The translations under genes were made by a program, and so were the position numbers. Positions 1 through 9,162 of a stretch of DNA of 64,000 bases are shown here, piece by piece. Origin of the DNA: Alphaproteobacteria bacterium (GTDB lineage: Bacteria; Pseudomonadota; Alphaproteobacteria; MPNO01); contig CBDFLJ010000001.1 of the NCBI GenBank assembly GCA_965248835.1, positions 288,001 to 352,000 on the forward strand. The letters run 5' to 3'. Numbering within the stretch: the first letter of the stretch is position 1; every line of letters starts with the position of its first letter. The notes beneath the pieces were generated by a model. It was not told the DNA's origin. It worked only from the letters and a program-made list of their open reading frames with translations, and did no database searches.

Positions 1-2
1 AG

Positions 3-938
3 AACTTGCGCGCGGTCTCGCCCACGGCGCATTTCAATGTGCCGCGCGGCTACGCGATGCTGATTCCCTACCTCGAAGCCGACGCGGGCTTGCGCGAGAC
101 TTTCTTTCGCCGGCTCGAAGTCATCGTCTATTCCGCCGCCTCGCTGCCGCCCGAACTGTGGGCGCGGTTGGAGGCGCTCTCGATCGCCGCGCGGGGCGTG
201 CGGGTGCCGATGATCTCGGCCTGGGGCATGACCGAGCTCGCGCCGCTGCACACCACCGCGCACTGGCCGATCGACCGCCCGGGCCTGATCGGGGTGCCTG
301 TCCCGGGCTGCGAGGTCAAGCTGGTGCCGACCCACGGGCGCCTGGAGATCCGCGCCCGCGGCCCCAACGTCATGGCCGGCTATCTCGATCAGCCGACGCT
401 CAACGCTGCAGCCTTCGACGAGGAAGGGTTCCTCAAGACCGGCGATGCCGGGTTCCTGCGCGATCCGAACGACCCCGACAAGGGGCTGGTCTATGACGGA
501 AGGCTGACGGAGGAGTTCAAGCTCCTGACCGGCAACTGGGTCGCTGTCGGGGCCGTGCGGGTCGCCGTCATCGATGCCGCTGCCCCGCAGATCGAGGACG
601 CGGTGGTGGTGGGCGAAAACCGCGACATGCTGGGGCTGCTGGTCTTTCCGAACCTCGCCCATTGCCGGGAACTCGCCGGCGGCGGCACGGCCGAGGACGC
701 ATTGCGCCACCCGTTGGTGATCGCAGCGGTACGAGGTGGGCTGGAGGCCTACAACGCCCGGAACCCGGCCAGCAGCCGGCGCATCGCCCGTGCGCTCCTG
801 ATGGCCGAGCCCCCCTCTGTCGCAGCCGGCGAGATCACCGACAAGGGCTACGTCAACCAGCGCGCGGTGATCGCCCGCCGCCGCGGCCTCGCCGAACGGC
901 TGTTCGACGAGGACGACCCCGACGTCATCCGCCTGTGA
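3..938 (+). CDS. fcs: Feruloyl-CoA synthase-like acyl-CoA ligase (5' end outside window)
   Basis: Adenylate-forming C-terminal motifs [40 protein letters not shown] and [14 protein letters not shown] are typical of the Fcs subfamily. The frame is open to the window edge. Confidence 0.8.
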   Translation, partial: NLRAVSPTAHFNVPRGYAMLIPYLEADAGLRETFFRRLEVIVYSAASLPPELWARLEALSIAARGVRVPMISAWGMTELAPLHTTAHWPIDRPGLIGVPVPGCEVKLVPTHGRLEIRARGPNVMAGYLDQPTLNAAAFDEEGFLKTGDAGFLRDPNDPDKGLVYDGRLTEEFKLLTGNWVAVGAVRVAVIDAAAPQIEDAVVVGENRDMLGLLVFPNLAHCRELAGGGTAEDALRHPLVIAAVRGGLEAYNARNPASSRRIARALLMAEPPSVAAGEITDKGYVNQRAVIARRRGLAERLFDEDDPDVIRL

Positions 939-991
939 GCGTCGGGCGGGACGATGGGACGGGCGATGGATCGGATCGGCGCAGGTCCGCG

Positions 992-3334
992 ATGAGAGTC
1001 GCGGTGGTCGGCGGCGGGGCGGCGGGGCTCTATTTCGCGCTGCTGGCCAAGAAGGCCTGGCCCGGCTGGGAAGTGGTGGTCCATGAGCGCAACCGTCACG
1101 ACGACACGTTCGGCTTCGGCGTGGTGTTCTCCGACGAGACGCTCGATACCTTCCGCGACTACGACCCGGAGAGCTATGACGCGATCCGCCGGCGTTTCGC
1201 CTATTGGGACGAGATCGATTTCGTCCTGCACGGCCGGACCATCAGGAGCGGCGGGCACGGGTTCTGCGGCTGCGGCAGGCGGGAGCTGCTGCTGATCCTC
1301 CAACAACGCTGCCGCGCGCTCGGCGTGGAGCTTCATTTCGAGAGCGAGATTCAGGGCCTTGCCGGGCTTGTCGATTTCGACCTGATCGTCGGCGCCGACG
1401 GCATCAACTCGGGCATCCGGTCGGCGCTTGCCGATCATTTCCGGCCGCGGTCCGAGGACCGGCTCAACCGTTTCCTGTGGCTGGGCTCGACCCGGCCCTA
1501 TGAGGCCTTCACCTTCGACTTCACCACCGACGAGCACGGCATCTGGGTGCTGGGCGCCTATCAGTACAACCGTGACATGAGCACCTGGGTCATCGAGGCG
1601 CCCCGTAAGACCTGGGCCAGCGCCGAGGCCGCGCTGGGCAACCTCGGCCAGGACGCGCTGATCGCCCACATGGAGCGTCTGTGGGCCGACCGGCTCGACG
1701 GCCACCGGCTGATCGGAAACCGCTCGATCTGGCGCACCTTCCCGATGATCCGGTGCGAGCGCTGGTGGCACGACAACGTGGTGCTGCTGGGCGACGCGCT
1801 GCACACCGCGCATTACTCGATAGGCTCGGGCACCAAGCTCGCAATGGAGGATGCGATCGCGCTCTACGAAGCGCTCGCCGGCGGCGGGCCGCTCGCGGCC
1901 GCGCTCGCCCGCTTCGAGGACACCCGCCGCGAGACCGTCGAGATCACCCAGCACGCCTCGGAGACCAGCGTGGTCTGGACCGAGAACCCCGAGCGCTATT
2001 GGGACATGGCGCCGATCCAGGCTGCGTTCTCGATGCTCTCGCGCTCCAAGCAGGTCACCTACGACAACCTCGCGCTGCGGGATGCGGGGTTTGTCGAGCG
2101 GGTGCGCGGCTGGTTCGCCGACGGCGTGCGCAACACCGGCCTGGCCGTCGCCGACGGTGCCCCGCCGATGTTCACGCCGTTCCGGATCGGCCGGGATTTG
2201 GTGGTGGCCAACCGCGTCGTGGTCTCGCCGATGGACATGTATTCGGCCACCGAGGGGACGGTGGGCGACTTCCATTTCATCCATTTCGGCAGCCTGGCCG
2301 CCGGCGGGGCCGGGCTGATCTTCTCGGAGATGACCTGTGTGAGCGCGGACGGGCGGATCACGCCGGGCTGCGCCGGGCTCTATGCGCCGGACCACGTCGC
2401 GGCGTGGCGGCGCATCGTCGCGATGGTCCACGAGACCTCCGATGCCAAGTTCGCCATGCAGATCGGCCATTGCGGGCGCAAGGGCTCGACCCGGATCGGC
2501 TGGGAGGGAATGGACCAGCCGCTGGAAGACGGCAACTGGCCGCTGATCGCGCCGTCGGCCATCCCGTTCTACCCGTTCAACCAGGTTCCCCGCGCGATGC
2601 GCCGCGCCGACATGGACGCGGCGACCGCCGATTTCGTGCGCGCGGCCGAGATGGCCGCGCAGACCGGCGCAGACATGCTCGAGCTCCACATGGCACACGG
2701 CTACCTGCTGTCGAGCTTCATCACCCCGCTCAGCAACCGGCGGGCCGACGCCTATGGCGGCGTGCTGGAGAACCGTATGCGCTTCCCGCTCGAGGTCTTC
2801 GATGCGGTGCGCGCGGCCTGGCCGGCCGACCGGCCGATCTCGGTCCGGATCTCGGCGACCGACTGGGTCGGCGCCGACGGCGTGACCGGCGAGGAAGCAG
2901 TCCGCATCGCCCGCATGCTGGCCGATCACGGATGCGATCTGATCGATGTCTCCGCCGGCCAGACGACGCCTGCGGCACAGCCGGTCTACGGCCGGATGTT
3001 CCAGACCTGGTTTTCCGAGCAGGTGCGCAACGAGGCGAAGGTGCCGACGATCGCGGTCGGCAACATCACCACCGCCGATCAGGTCAACACCATCCTCGCG
3101 GCCGGCCGCGCGGACCTGGTGGCGCTGGCGCGGCCCCATCTGACCAACCCGCACTTCACCTTGGAGGCCGCTGCACATTACGGCGTTGAAAGTCAGCGTT
3201 GGCCAGCGCAATACCATACGGCAAAGGAACAAGCCTTCAGGCTGGCCGCCCGCGAACGGGCCGAGCTGGAGGCGCTGCGGTCGGCGCACCGTCCGTCGAG
3301 ACATGGCAGCGGGCGGCAAAGGGCGGCCGAGTAG
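992..3334 (+). CDS. Bifunctional anthraniloyl-CoA/salicylyl-CoA monooxygenase-oxidoreductase (AbmA-like)
   Basis: ATG at 992. The N-terminal FAD monooxygenase domain has [17 protein letters not shown] and [21 protein letters not shown]. The C-terminal OYE-type domain has NRVVVSPM and [11 protein letters not shown]. Confidence 0.9.
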   Translation: MRVAVVGGGAAGLYFALLAKKAWPGWEVVVHERNRHDDTFGFGVVFSDETLDTFRDYDPESYDAIRRRFAYWDEIDFVLHGRTIRSGGHGFCGCGRRELLLILQQRCRALGVELHFESEIQGLAGLVDFDLIVGADGINSGIRSALADHFRPRSEDRLNRFLWLGSTRPYEAFTFDFTTDEHGIWVLGAYQYNRDMSTWVIEAPRKTWASAEAALGNLGQDALIAHMERLWADRLDGHRLIGNRSIWRTFPMIRCERWWHDNVVLLGDALHTAHYSIGSGTKLAMEDAIALYEALAGGGPLAAALARFEDTRRETVEITQHASETSVVWTENPERYWDMAPIQAAFSMLSRSKQVTYDNLALRDAGFVERVRGWFADGVRNTGLAVADGAPPMFTPFRIGRDLVVANRVVVSPMDMYSATEGTVGDFHFIHFGSLAAGGAGLIFSEMTCVSADGRITPGCAGLYAPDHVAAWRRIVAMVHETSDAKFAMQIGHCGRKGSTRIGWEGMDQPLEDGNWPLIAPSAIPFYPFNQVPRAMRRADMDAATADFVRAAEMAAQTGADMLELHMAHGYLLSSFITPLSNRRADAYGGVLENRMRFPLEVFDAVRAAWPADRPISVRISATDWVGADGVTGEEAVRIARMLADHGCDLIDVSAGQTTPAAQPVYGRMFQTWFSEQVRNEAKVPTIAVGNITTADQVNTILAAGRADLVALARPHLTNPHFTLEAAAHYGVESQRWPAQYHTAKEQAFRLAARERAELEALRSAHRPSRHGSGRQRAAE

Positions 3335-3643
3335 GGCGCACGCGGCAAGAGACCCGGATGCGCGCGAAGGGGTGTCCGGAAGTGACGCTTGGCGAGCCCT
3401 GCGGGGCATTGCGGGCGGCGCTGGCCGGCCGCTGGGCGCCGGCGGGTTGGCAATCGCCTAACCGCTGGGCCGGTCGGGACCGCAAGGTGCTGCGCACGGA
3501 TTTGTGGTGCGCCGGGGCGGGCGGGTTTGCTAAGTTCCGCGTGCGTGCGCGCCGACCCGGAAGATGCGAAACACCGATCCCCGGAAACGCGCGGAAACGG
3601 CGCGTCCGACGCCTTGGATCCGGACGAATTGCAGGGGGAGCAG

Positions 3644-4498
3644 ATGACCGTAGGCAGCTACGAGACGATCCGCGTGGAGAAGGACGACGGGATCGCCTGG
3701 CTCTACATGAACCGTCCCGAGAAGCGCAACGCGATGAACCCGCAGATGCATTTCGACATGGACGCGGTGCTGCCCGAACTCGAAGCCGATCCGCAGACCC
3801 GGCTGGTGATCCTGACCGGCGCGGGCGAGGCGTTCTGCGCCGGCCAGGACTTGCGTGAATATTTCCGCGGGCTGGACGGCGATCCGGTCGCAAGGCGCCG
3901 GACCGGCGAGGCCTCCGAGCGCTGGCGCAACCGGCGGCTGCTGTCCTACAACAAACCGACGATCGCCATGGTCAACGGCTATTGCATCGGCGGCGGGTTC
4001 ACCCAGATGCTGTGCTGCGATTTCGCGATCGCGGCCGACGAGGCCCTGTTCTGCCTCTCGGAGGTCAACTGGGGCATCCTGCCGGGCGGGCTGGTGAGCA
4101 AGAAGCTCACCGATGCGCTGCTGCTGCGCCATGCGATGTACTACGCCTGCACCGGCAGGACGCTCGACGGCAAGCGGGCACGCGAAATCGGCCTGGTCAA
4201 CGACTCGGTGCCGCTGGCGCGATTGCGTGCCGAGACCGAGACGCTCGCCCGCGAGCTGATGGAAAAGAACCCCGAGGTGCTGCGCGCAACCAAGCACGCC
4301 ATCCGCGCGGTGCGAACCATGAACGACGACCAGGCCTTCGACTACCTCGCCGCCAAGGGCGCGGAGATCAAGCAACGCGACAAGGAAAACGCCTACGCCA
4401 ACGGCCTGAAGCAGTTCCTCGACGACAAGTCCTACAAGCCCACGTTCAGCGCCTACGACCGTGTTGCGGCGGCCGAGGACAATGCCGCCGCCGAGTGA
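3644..4498 (+). CDS. p-Hydroxycinnamoyl-CoA hydratase/lyase (Ech/HCHL family)
   Basis: RBS gggggag before ATG 3644; motifs NRPEKRNAM, AGQDLREYF, TIAMVNGYCIGGG, LSEVNWG, FDYLAAK, GLKQFLDDKSYKP. Confidence 0.85.
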   Translation: MTVGSYETIRVEKDDGIAWLYMNRPEKRNAMNPQMHFDMDAVLPELEADPQTRLVILTGAGEAFCAGQDLREYFRGLDGDPVARRRTGEASERWRNRRLLSYNKPTIAMVNGYCIGGGFTQMLCCDFAIAADEALFCLSEVNWGILPGGLVSKKLTDALLLRHAMYYACTGRTLDGKRAREIGLVNDSVPLARLRAETETLARELMEKNPEVLRATKHAIRAVRTMNDDQAFDYLAAKGAEIKQRDKENAYANGLKQFLDDKSYKPTFSAYDRVAAAEDNAAAE

Positions 4499-4523
4499 CG
4501 GCTGGGTGGGATCGGACGCCGCC

Positions 4524-5732
4524 ATGGTGCTGTACAAATACAACTCCGCCGACAACCACCTGGACCAGCGGTGGATCCCGGCCAATCTCTGGCAGGACCG
4601 CGTCGCCGCGAAGTTCAAGGAGCGCGCGCCCAAGGTCGTCGAGGACCGGGGCCAGTTATGCTGGACCTGGGAGGGCCGTATCATAAGGGGGCGCGACGGC
4701 GGCACCGCCGACGGGCCGGACAACCGCTCGCTGCTCGATCAGTTTTTCGGCAAGTCCGGCGCGCGCATACCCAAGGGCGCGCTGCCGCCCTCGGACCCGG
4801 CGCTCCTGCTCGAGCACATGGACTATGGCAGCGTCTACGGCTATGTCGGGTTCGGCTCGACGCGCAAGTGGGATATCGACGATCCGGCGCTGCGCCACGA
4901 GGTCCACCGGGTCTACAACGACTGGGTGATGGAGCTCAACGCCCACGACCCGGACCGGCTGATGATCCTGCCGATCCTGCCGGTCTTCGACGTCGCCTCG
5001 GTCCCCGGCGAGATCCGTCGCCTGGCCGCAATGGGCTGCCGATCGGCCGAGTTCGTGCCCTTCGACGGCGAGCAGCCGATGTTCCATGAGTGCTGGGAGC
5101 CGACCTGGGATGCCTTCGAGGAGACCGGCATGGTGTGCTCGGTCCATATCGGCGGCAACGCCAAGACCACGATCCCGCCGACCGAGCGCGGCGAGCGGAT
5201 GGCCTATTTCTCCTGCGCGCCGTTCTCGCTGGCCCGGCCGATCGCCGACATCGTCTATTGCGGCGCGCTGCAGCGTCATCCGGGGCTGAAGCTCCTGTTC
5301 GCGGAGTGCCGTGCCGGCTGGGTGCCGTTCCTGGTCCACTGGATGGACCGCCAGGCCGAGGAACGGCCCGGCCTGTTCAGGGAAACCGGTCTGGATGCGC
5401 TGCCGAGCGTCTACGTCAAGCGGCAGATCCGGGTGACCTTCGAGGAAGACGCCATCGCCGCCCAGGGACTCCAGCACGAAGACAATATCCTGCGCGACAT
5501 CCTGGTCTTCGGCGCCGACTACCCGCACCCGCAGGGCACCTGGCCCGACCCCTCACCGATCTTCTACGAGATGTTCAAGGACCTCGGCCCGGCCTTGCGC
5601 CACGAGGTGGTCTACCAGCGCATGCACCGCTTCTTCGGCATGAGAGGCCCGCCGGCCGGCCAGGTCGCGACGCTGGAGCAGATCGCCAGCGACGGCGCCG
5701 GCAAGACGCGCGCGCACGCGAGCTTCGAATAG
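4524..5732 (+). CDS. Amidohydrolase-2 family protein
   Basis: Motifs SADNHL, YNDW, SVHIG, AECRAGWVP, FGADYPH. Confidence 0.8.
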   Translation: MVLYKYNSADNHLDQRWIPANLWQDRVAAKFKERAPKVVEDRGQLCWTWEGRIIRGRDGGTADGPDNRSLLDQFFGKSGARIPKGALPPSDPALLLEHMDYGSVYGYVGFGSTRKWDIDDPALRHEVHRVYNDWVMELNAHDPDRLMILPILPVFDVASVPGEIRRLAAMGCRSAEFVPFDGEQPMFHECWEPTWDAFEETGMVCSVHIGGNAKTTIPPTERGERMAYFSCAPFSLARPIADIVYCGALQRHPGLKLLFAECRAGWVPFLVHWMDRQAEERPGLFRETGLDALPSVYVKRQIRVTFEEDAIAAQGLQHEDNILRDILVFGADYPHPQGTWPDPSPIFYEMFKDLGPALRHEVVYQRMHRFFGMRGPPAGQVATLEQIASDGAGKTRAHASFE

Positions 5733-5751
5733 CCGCCGGCGCGGGTCCGGC

Positions 5752-6210
5752 TCAGCGCCGGACCTCGCATTCGATCCGCCAGGACACCGCGCCCGCCTTG
5801 TCCCTTCTATCGTAGCTGAGCCGCGATTTCTTGAGCTTGGCGCGTGCGGTCTCGACCAGCGACAGCCGCACCGCCTCCGGCAGGTCTTCGAGGCTCAAGC
5901 GAAGGAGCATCGGCTCCTTGGCCCCGTTTTTCGGCGCCGCCCGCGGCGTCGCCGCGCCGGTCCGTCGCGATGTCTTCTTGCCCCAGATCTGATCCCATCC
6001 GGACTTGTATTCCGGGGTCTTGACGTTGCTGAAATAGCCGTAGTGGACGGCTGCCGACCCGCCGACGGACTCGCGGCTCGACTTGCCGGCATCGCCGCCC
6101 GACCCGGAGCCGGACGGAGTCTCCGAGGGCGTGCCGGAAGTGGTCTTGTCGGAGGGTTTTTCCGAGGCGGCGGCGGGTGTCGGGCTCGAATCTGTCTCTG
6201 TATTCATCAC
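5752..6210 (-). CDS. Hypothetical protein with an S/T/P-rich N-terminus and basic C-terminus
   Basis: Fills the gap convergent to the amidohydrolase. The composition is protein-like, with a compact core YGYFSNVKTPEYKSGWDQIW. Confidence 0.6.
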   Translation of the reverse strand: MMNTETDSSPTPAAASEKPSDKTTSGTPSETPSGSGSGGDAGKSSRESVGGSAAVHYGYFSNVKTPEYKSGWDQIWGKKTSRRTGAATPRAAPKNGAKEPMLLRLSLEDLPEAVRLSLVETARAKLKKSRLSYDRRDKAGAVSWRIECEVRR

Positions 6211-6349
6211 CAGCTTCGTTTCGCGTTAGCACCGGCGCAACCTGTTACACCGCGGCAATCGGCGATGCAACGCCCTTGATGACGGCTCGCCGCCGCCGCG
6301 GCGATCAGCCGGGCCGGCCGGTTCGAATCCGTCGGTGAGGCAAGGGGGT

Positions 6350-7171
6350 TCAGCAGTTCGCCAGCAGGAACGGCAGCACCGCCCGGTTGAACGCCTCGGG
6401 CTGCTCCAGGTTTGTCAGGTGACCGGAGTCCGCGATGACCTCCAGCCGCGCACCGGGGATCTTCTCGCACATGTATTCGCCGATATGGGGCGGGGTGAGC
6501 GGATCCTGGGCGCCGAACACCAGGAGCACCGGCACGGCGATGTCCGGCAGGGCGTGGGCGCGGCCCCAGCCGGCCGACGCACGCACGGTCTTGATATAGG
6601 AGCCCACGTGAAGCGCAGCATGGGCGGCGACCGCGCGCGCGAAGGCCTCCTCGGACCGGTTGGGTCCGAGCAGCCAGCCGGCCGCTCCGGGCGCCCGCTC
6701 GGCCGGGTCGGCGCCGTCGAGATAGGGTTGGATGCGAGAGGCGACGAATTCGTCGGCGGACTGGGTGCGGCCGGCGCGGGCGTCTTCCGGGTCCTCGCCG
6801 GCGAAGGTGTCGCACAACACCATCGTCGCCACCCGTTCGGGATGGAACCGGTAGAAGTCCTGAGCGATGCGCCCGCCCATCGACAGGCCGCACAAATGCG
6901 CCCGATCGGCGCCGAAATGATCGAGCAGTCGCAGCAGGTCGGCGCTGAAATCGGCGAAATCGAGCTCGCCCGGGTAGTCTTCGGACTCGCCATAGCCGCG
7001 GGCATCCCAGGCGGCGGCGGTGAAACGTTCGGCGAACACGGGAAGCTGCAGATCCCAATGGGACTTGTTGCCGCCGATCCCATGCAGAAAGACCACCAGC
7101 GGCCCGTCGCCGGCAACATTGACCGCAAGAAGCGGCGCGCCGGCGACGAATTCGGTGCGGATCGGACTCAC
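6350..7171 (-). CDS. Alpha/beta fold hydrolase
   Basis: FLHGIGG, DARGYG, GLSMGG nucleophile elbow, GH-x-TNLE; RBS gggagg. Confidence 0.9.
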   Translation of the reverse strand: MSPIRTEFVAGAPLLAVNVAGDGPLVVFLHGIGGNKSHWDLQLPVFAERFTAAAWDARGYGESEDYPGELDFADFSADLLRLLDHFGADRAHLCGLSMGGRIAQDFYRFHPERVATMVLCDTFAGEDPEDARAGRTQSADEFVASRIQPYLDGADPAERAPGAAGWLLGPNRSEEAFARAVAAHAALHVGSYIKTVRASAGWGRAHALPDIAVPVLLVFGAQDPLTPPHIGEYMCEKIPGARLEVIADSGHLTNLEQPEAFNRAVLPFLLANC

Positions 7172-7300
7172 GTCGGCGCATCCTCCCAGTTACCGGTTGC
7201 CAGACCGGACCGATCATCGCATCGCCCCAGCCCCGGAGGCCACCTTCCGCGCGGCGGAATTGACGGACCGGGACCGGCAAGATCCGATCGGAGCAGGCGG

Positions 7301-8140
7301 CTAACGCCGCTTCTCTTTCAGCGCCGCGCGGACCTGTTCGTCGAAGCCGACCAGCGAGCGGCCGCCGAATTCGATCACCGGGCGGCGGATGAGCCTGAGG
7401 TGGGCGAGCATCAGCGCAGGCGCCGAGGCCGGGCCGACCGTTTTGCGCGCCGCCTCGGGCAGCGCACGCCAGGTCCTGCTGCGCCGATTGACCAGCGCCT
7501 CCCAGCCATGCTCGCCGATCCACGCCTCCAGCCTCGCCGTCTCCAGCCCCTCGGCATCGAAGTCGTGGAACCGGCAGGCGATCTTTTCTTCATCGAGCCA
7601 CCGCCTGGCTGCCCGGCAGCTGTCGCAATTGCCGATGCCGTAGACCGTCGCCATCGCGCCGAAGGCGATGACGGTGCTTTCCAGCAGGTCGAGCCCTGCC
7701 TTGGCGAAGGCCCACATGTTGGCCTCGCGGTCGTTATCGCCGGTCTCGATGGTCAGGCAGCGCTCGACCGGGCCGGTGACCGCGAAGCAGGCATGGCCCG
7801 AGGCGTCGCCGTAGCTGTTGCCCGCCGGCCCGGACGCGCCGCTTTCGCTCAATGCCCAGGTCGAGCCCAGCCGCGCGCGGATCGTGCGCGCAGCCAGCAG
7901 CGCATAGTCTTCGGTGGAGCCGCGCTGGCGGGACTGTGAAGCGGTCAGCCGCAACAGGCCGCGGCGCGCATCCCTCGTATAGATCACCCCGCCGCCGACG
8001 AAATAGGACGATGCGCCGGGGATCGCGAGCAGGGCGGCGGAGATCAGCCCGCCGGCGGCCGACTCCGAGACCGACACCGTCTCATGCCGCTCGCTCAGAA
8101 GCCGGGCGACGGTTCTCGACAGCGGTTCCAGATCATGCAC
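7301..8140 (-). CDS. CinA/PncC-like domain fused in frame to an ArsC/Spx (YffB-like) thioredoxin-fold domain
   Basis: The N half has SESAAGGLIS, PGASSYFVGG and ESGASGP. The C half, from internal ATG 7654, has TVYGIGNCDSC and LIRRPV. There is no stop between them. Confidence 0.75.
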   Translation of the reverse strand: MHDLEPLSRTVARLLSERHETVSVSESAAGGLISAALLAIPGASSYFVGGGVIYTRDARRGLLRLTASQSRQRGSTEDYALLAARTIRARLGSTWALSESGASGPAGNSYGDASGHACFAVTGPVERCLTIETGDNDREANMWAFAKAGLDLLESTVIAFGAMATVYGIGNCDSCRAARRWLDEEKIACRFHDFDAEGLETARLEAWIGEHGWEALVNRRSRTWRALPEAARKTVGPASAPALMLAHLRLIRRPVIEFGGRSLVGFDEQVRAALKEKRR

Positions 8141-8166
8141 GGCCAGCTCCTTGCGGTTGCGGCCGC

Positions 8167-9162
8167 TCAGGCGCCGCTCGCTCCGCCGATGCGGAACAGG
8201 CGCTGCGCGGTCCCGCCGAGAATAGCCGCGGTCGCGACCTCGTCCAGCGCCGAATCGTAGACCACCCTGGAGGGCTCCAGATCGCCGATCGTGAACGGAT
8301 AGTCCGAACCCAGCACGACGCAGTCGGCGCCGACCAGGTCGATCAGGTACCTCAGCGCCGGCGGGTTGTAGACGATGCTGTCGAAATAGAGCCGTCGGAG
8401 CCCCTCGCGCGGGTCGTATTGCAGGCTGTCGTCGTCCTCGTAGTTCGCCACCAGCCGGCCTAGCACATAGGGCAGCGCAGCGCCGCCGAGCGACAGGATC
8501 ACGTTCATGCCGGGAAAGCGGATGAAGTGGCCGGTGAACAGCATGCGGGCGACGGCAATGGTCTCGTCGTTGACCCGTCCGATCGTGTTCATCATGCCGT
8601 AGTCGTGCAGCCGCGCGTCGTCGCTGCCGAACATCGGGTGGATATAGAGCGTCGCGCCCAGCTCGGAGGCCCTGTGCCAGAACGGATCGAGGTCGGGATC
8701 GTCGAGCGCGCCCGAGCCGTCCTTGGGCTGGGTGCCGATCATCGCGCCGGCGAAGCCTTCGGCCATCGCCTCTTCCAGCGCGCCCGCCGCGGTCTCGCCG
8801 TCCTGCAGCGGCACGGTGGCAAGCGGCACGAAGCCCGGGTTGTCGGATGCGAACCGCTTGAGATGCCCGTTGACGAAGCGGCTCCAGGCCAGGCCCTCAT
8901 CGGCCGGGATGCCGTATCCGAAGGAGTCGAGCCAGCCGGCGCAGACCTGGCGGTCGATCGACTGTTCCGACATCCAGGCGAGCCGCGGCTCGACCGAACG
9001 CAGCCCGGGCATGACCGGTCGGGTCGGCTTGCCGCCGGCGAAGGCGAGCTGGTACCTGCGGTCCGAATGGAGCAGTTCGATCGAAGGGAACTTTCCAGCC
9101 GTGCGCACCAGCTCGTCCAGCATCGGCTCCGGCACGTGATGGGAATGGGTGTCGATGATCAT
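8167..9162 (-). CDS. Amidohydrolase-2 family metal-dependent decarboxylase/hydrolase (ACMSD-like)
   Basis: MIIDTHSH (HxH), YIHP, LYFDS, LGSDYPF. The start overlaps the stop of the Mo subunit gene. Confidence 0.85.
   Translation of the reverse strand: MIIDTHSHHVPEPMLDELVRTAGKFPSIELLHSDRRYQLAFAGGKPTRPVMPGLRSVEPRLAWMSEQSIDRQVCAGWLDSFGYGIPADEGLAWSRFVNGHLKRFASDNPGFVPLATVPLQDGETAAGALEEAMAEGFAGAMIGTQPKDGSGALDDPDLDPFWHRASELGATLYIHPMFGSDDARLHDYGMMNTIGRVNDETIAVARMLFTGHFIRFPGMNVILSLGGAALPYVLGRLVANYEDDDSLQYDPREGLRRLYFDSIVYNPPALRYLIDLVGADCVVLGSDYPFTIGDLEPSRVVYDSALDEVATAAILGGTAQRLFRIGGASGA

Noticed and set aside
848-3409. Long antisense ORFs (also 30856-32796, 32843-35146, 47699-49801, 52970-54442, 58563-60053)
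   Set aside because: They mirror well-supported genes on the other strand and have no family signatures.
3335-3643. sRNA or riboswitch in the 309-bp gap
   Set aside because: No recognisable aptamer motif or terminator by eye. An Rfam search would be needed.
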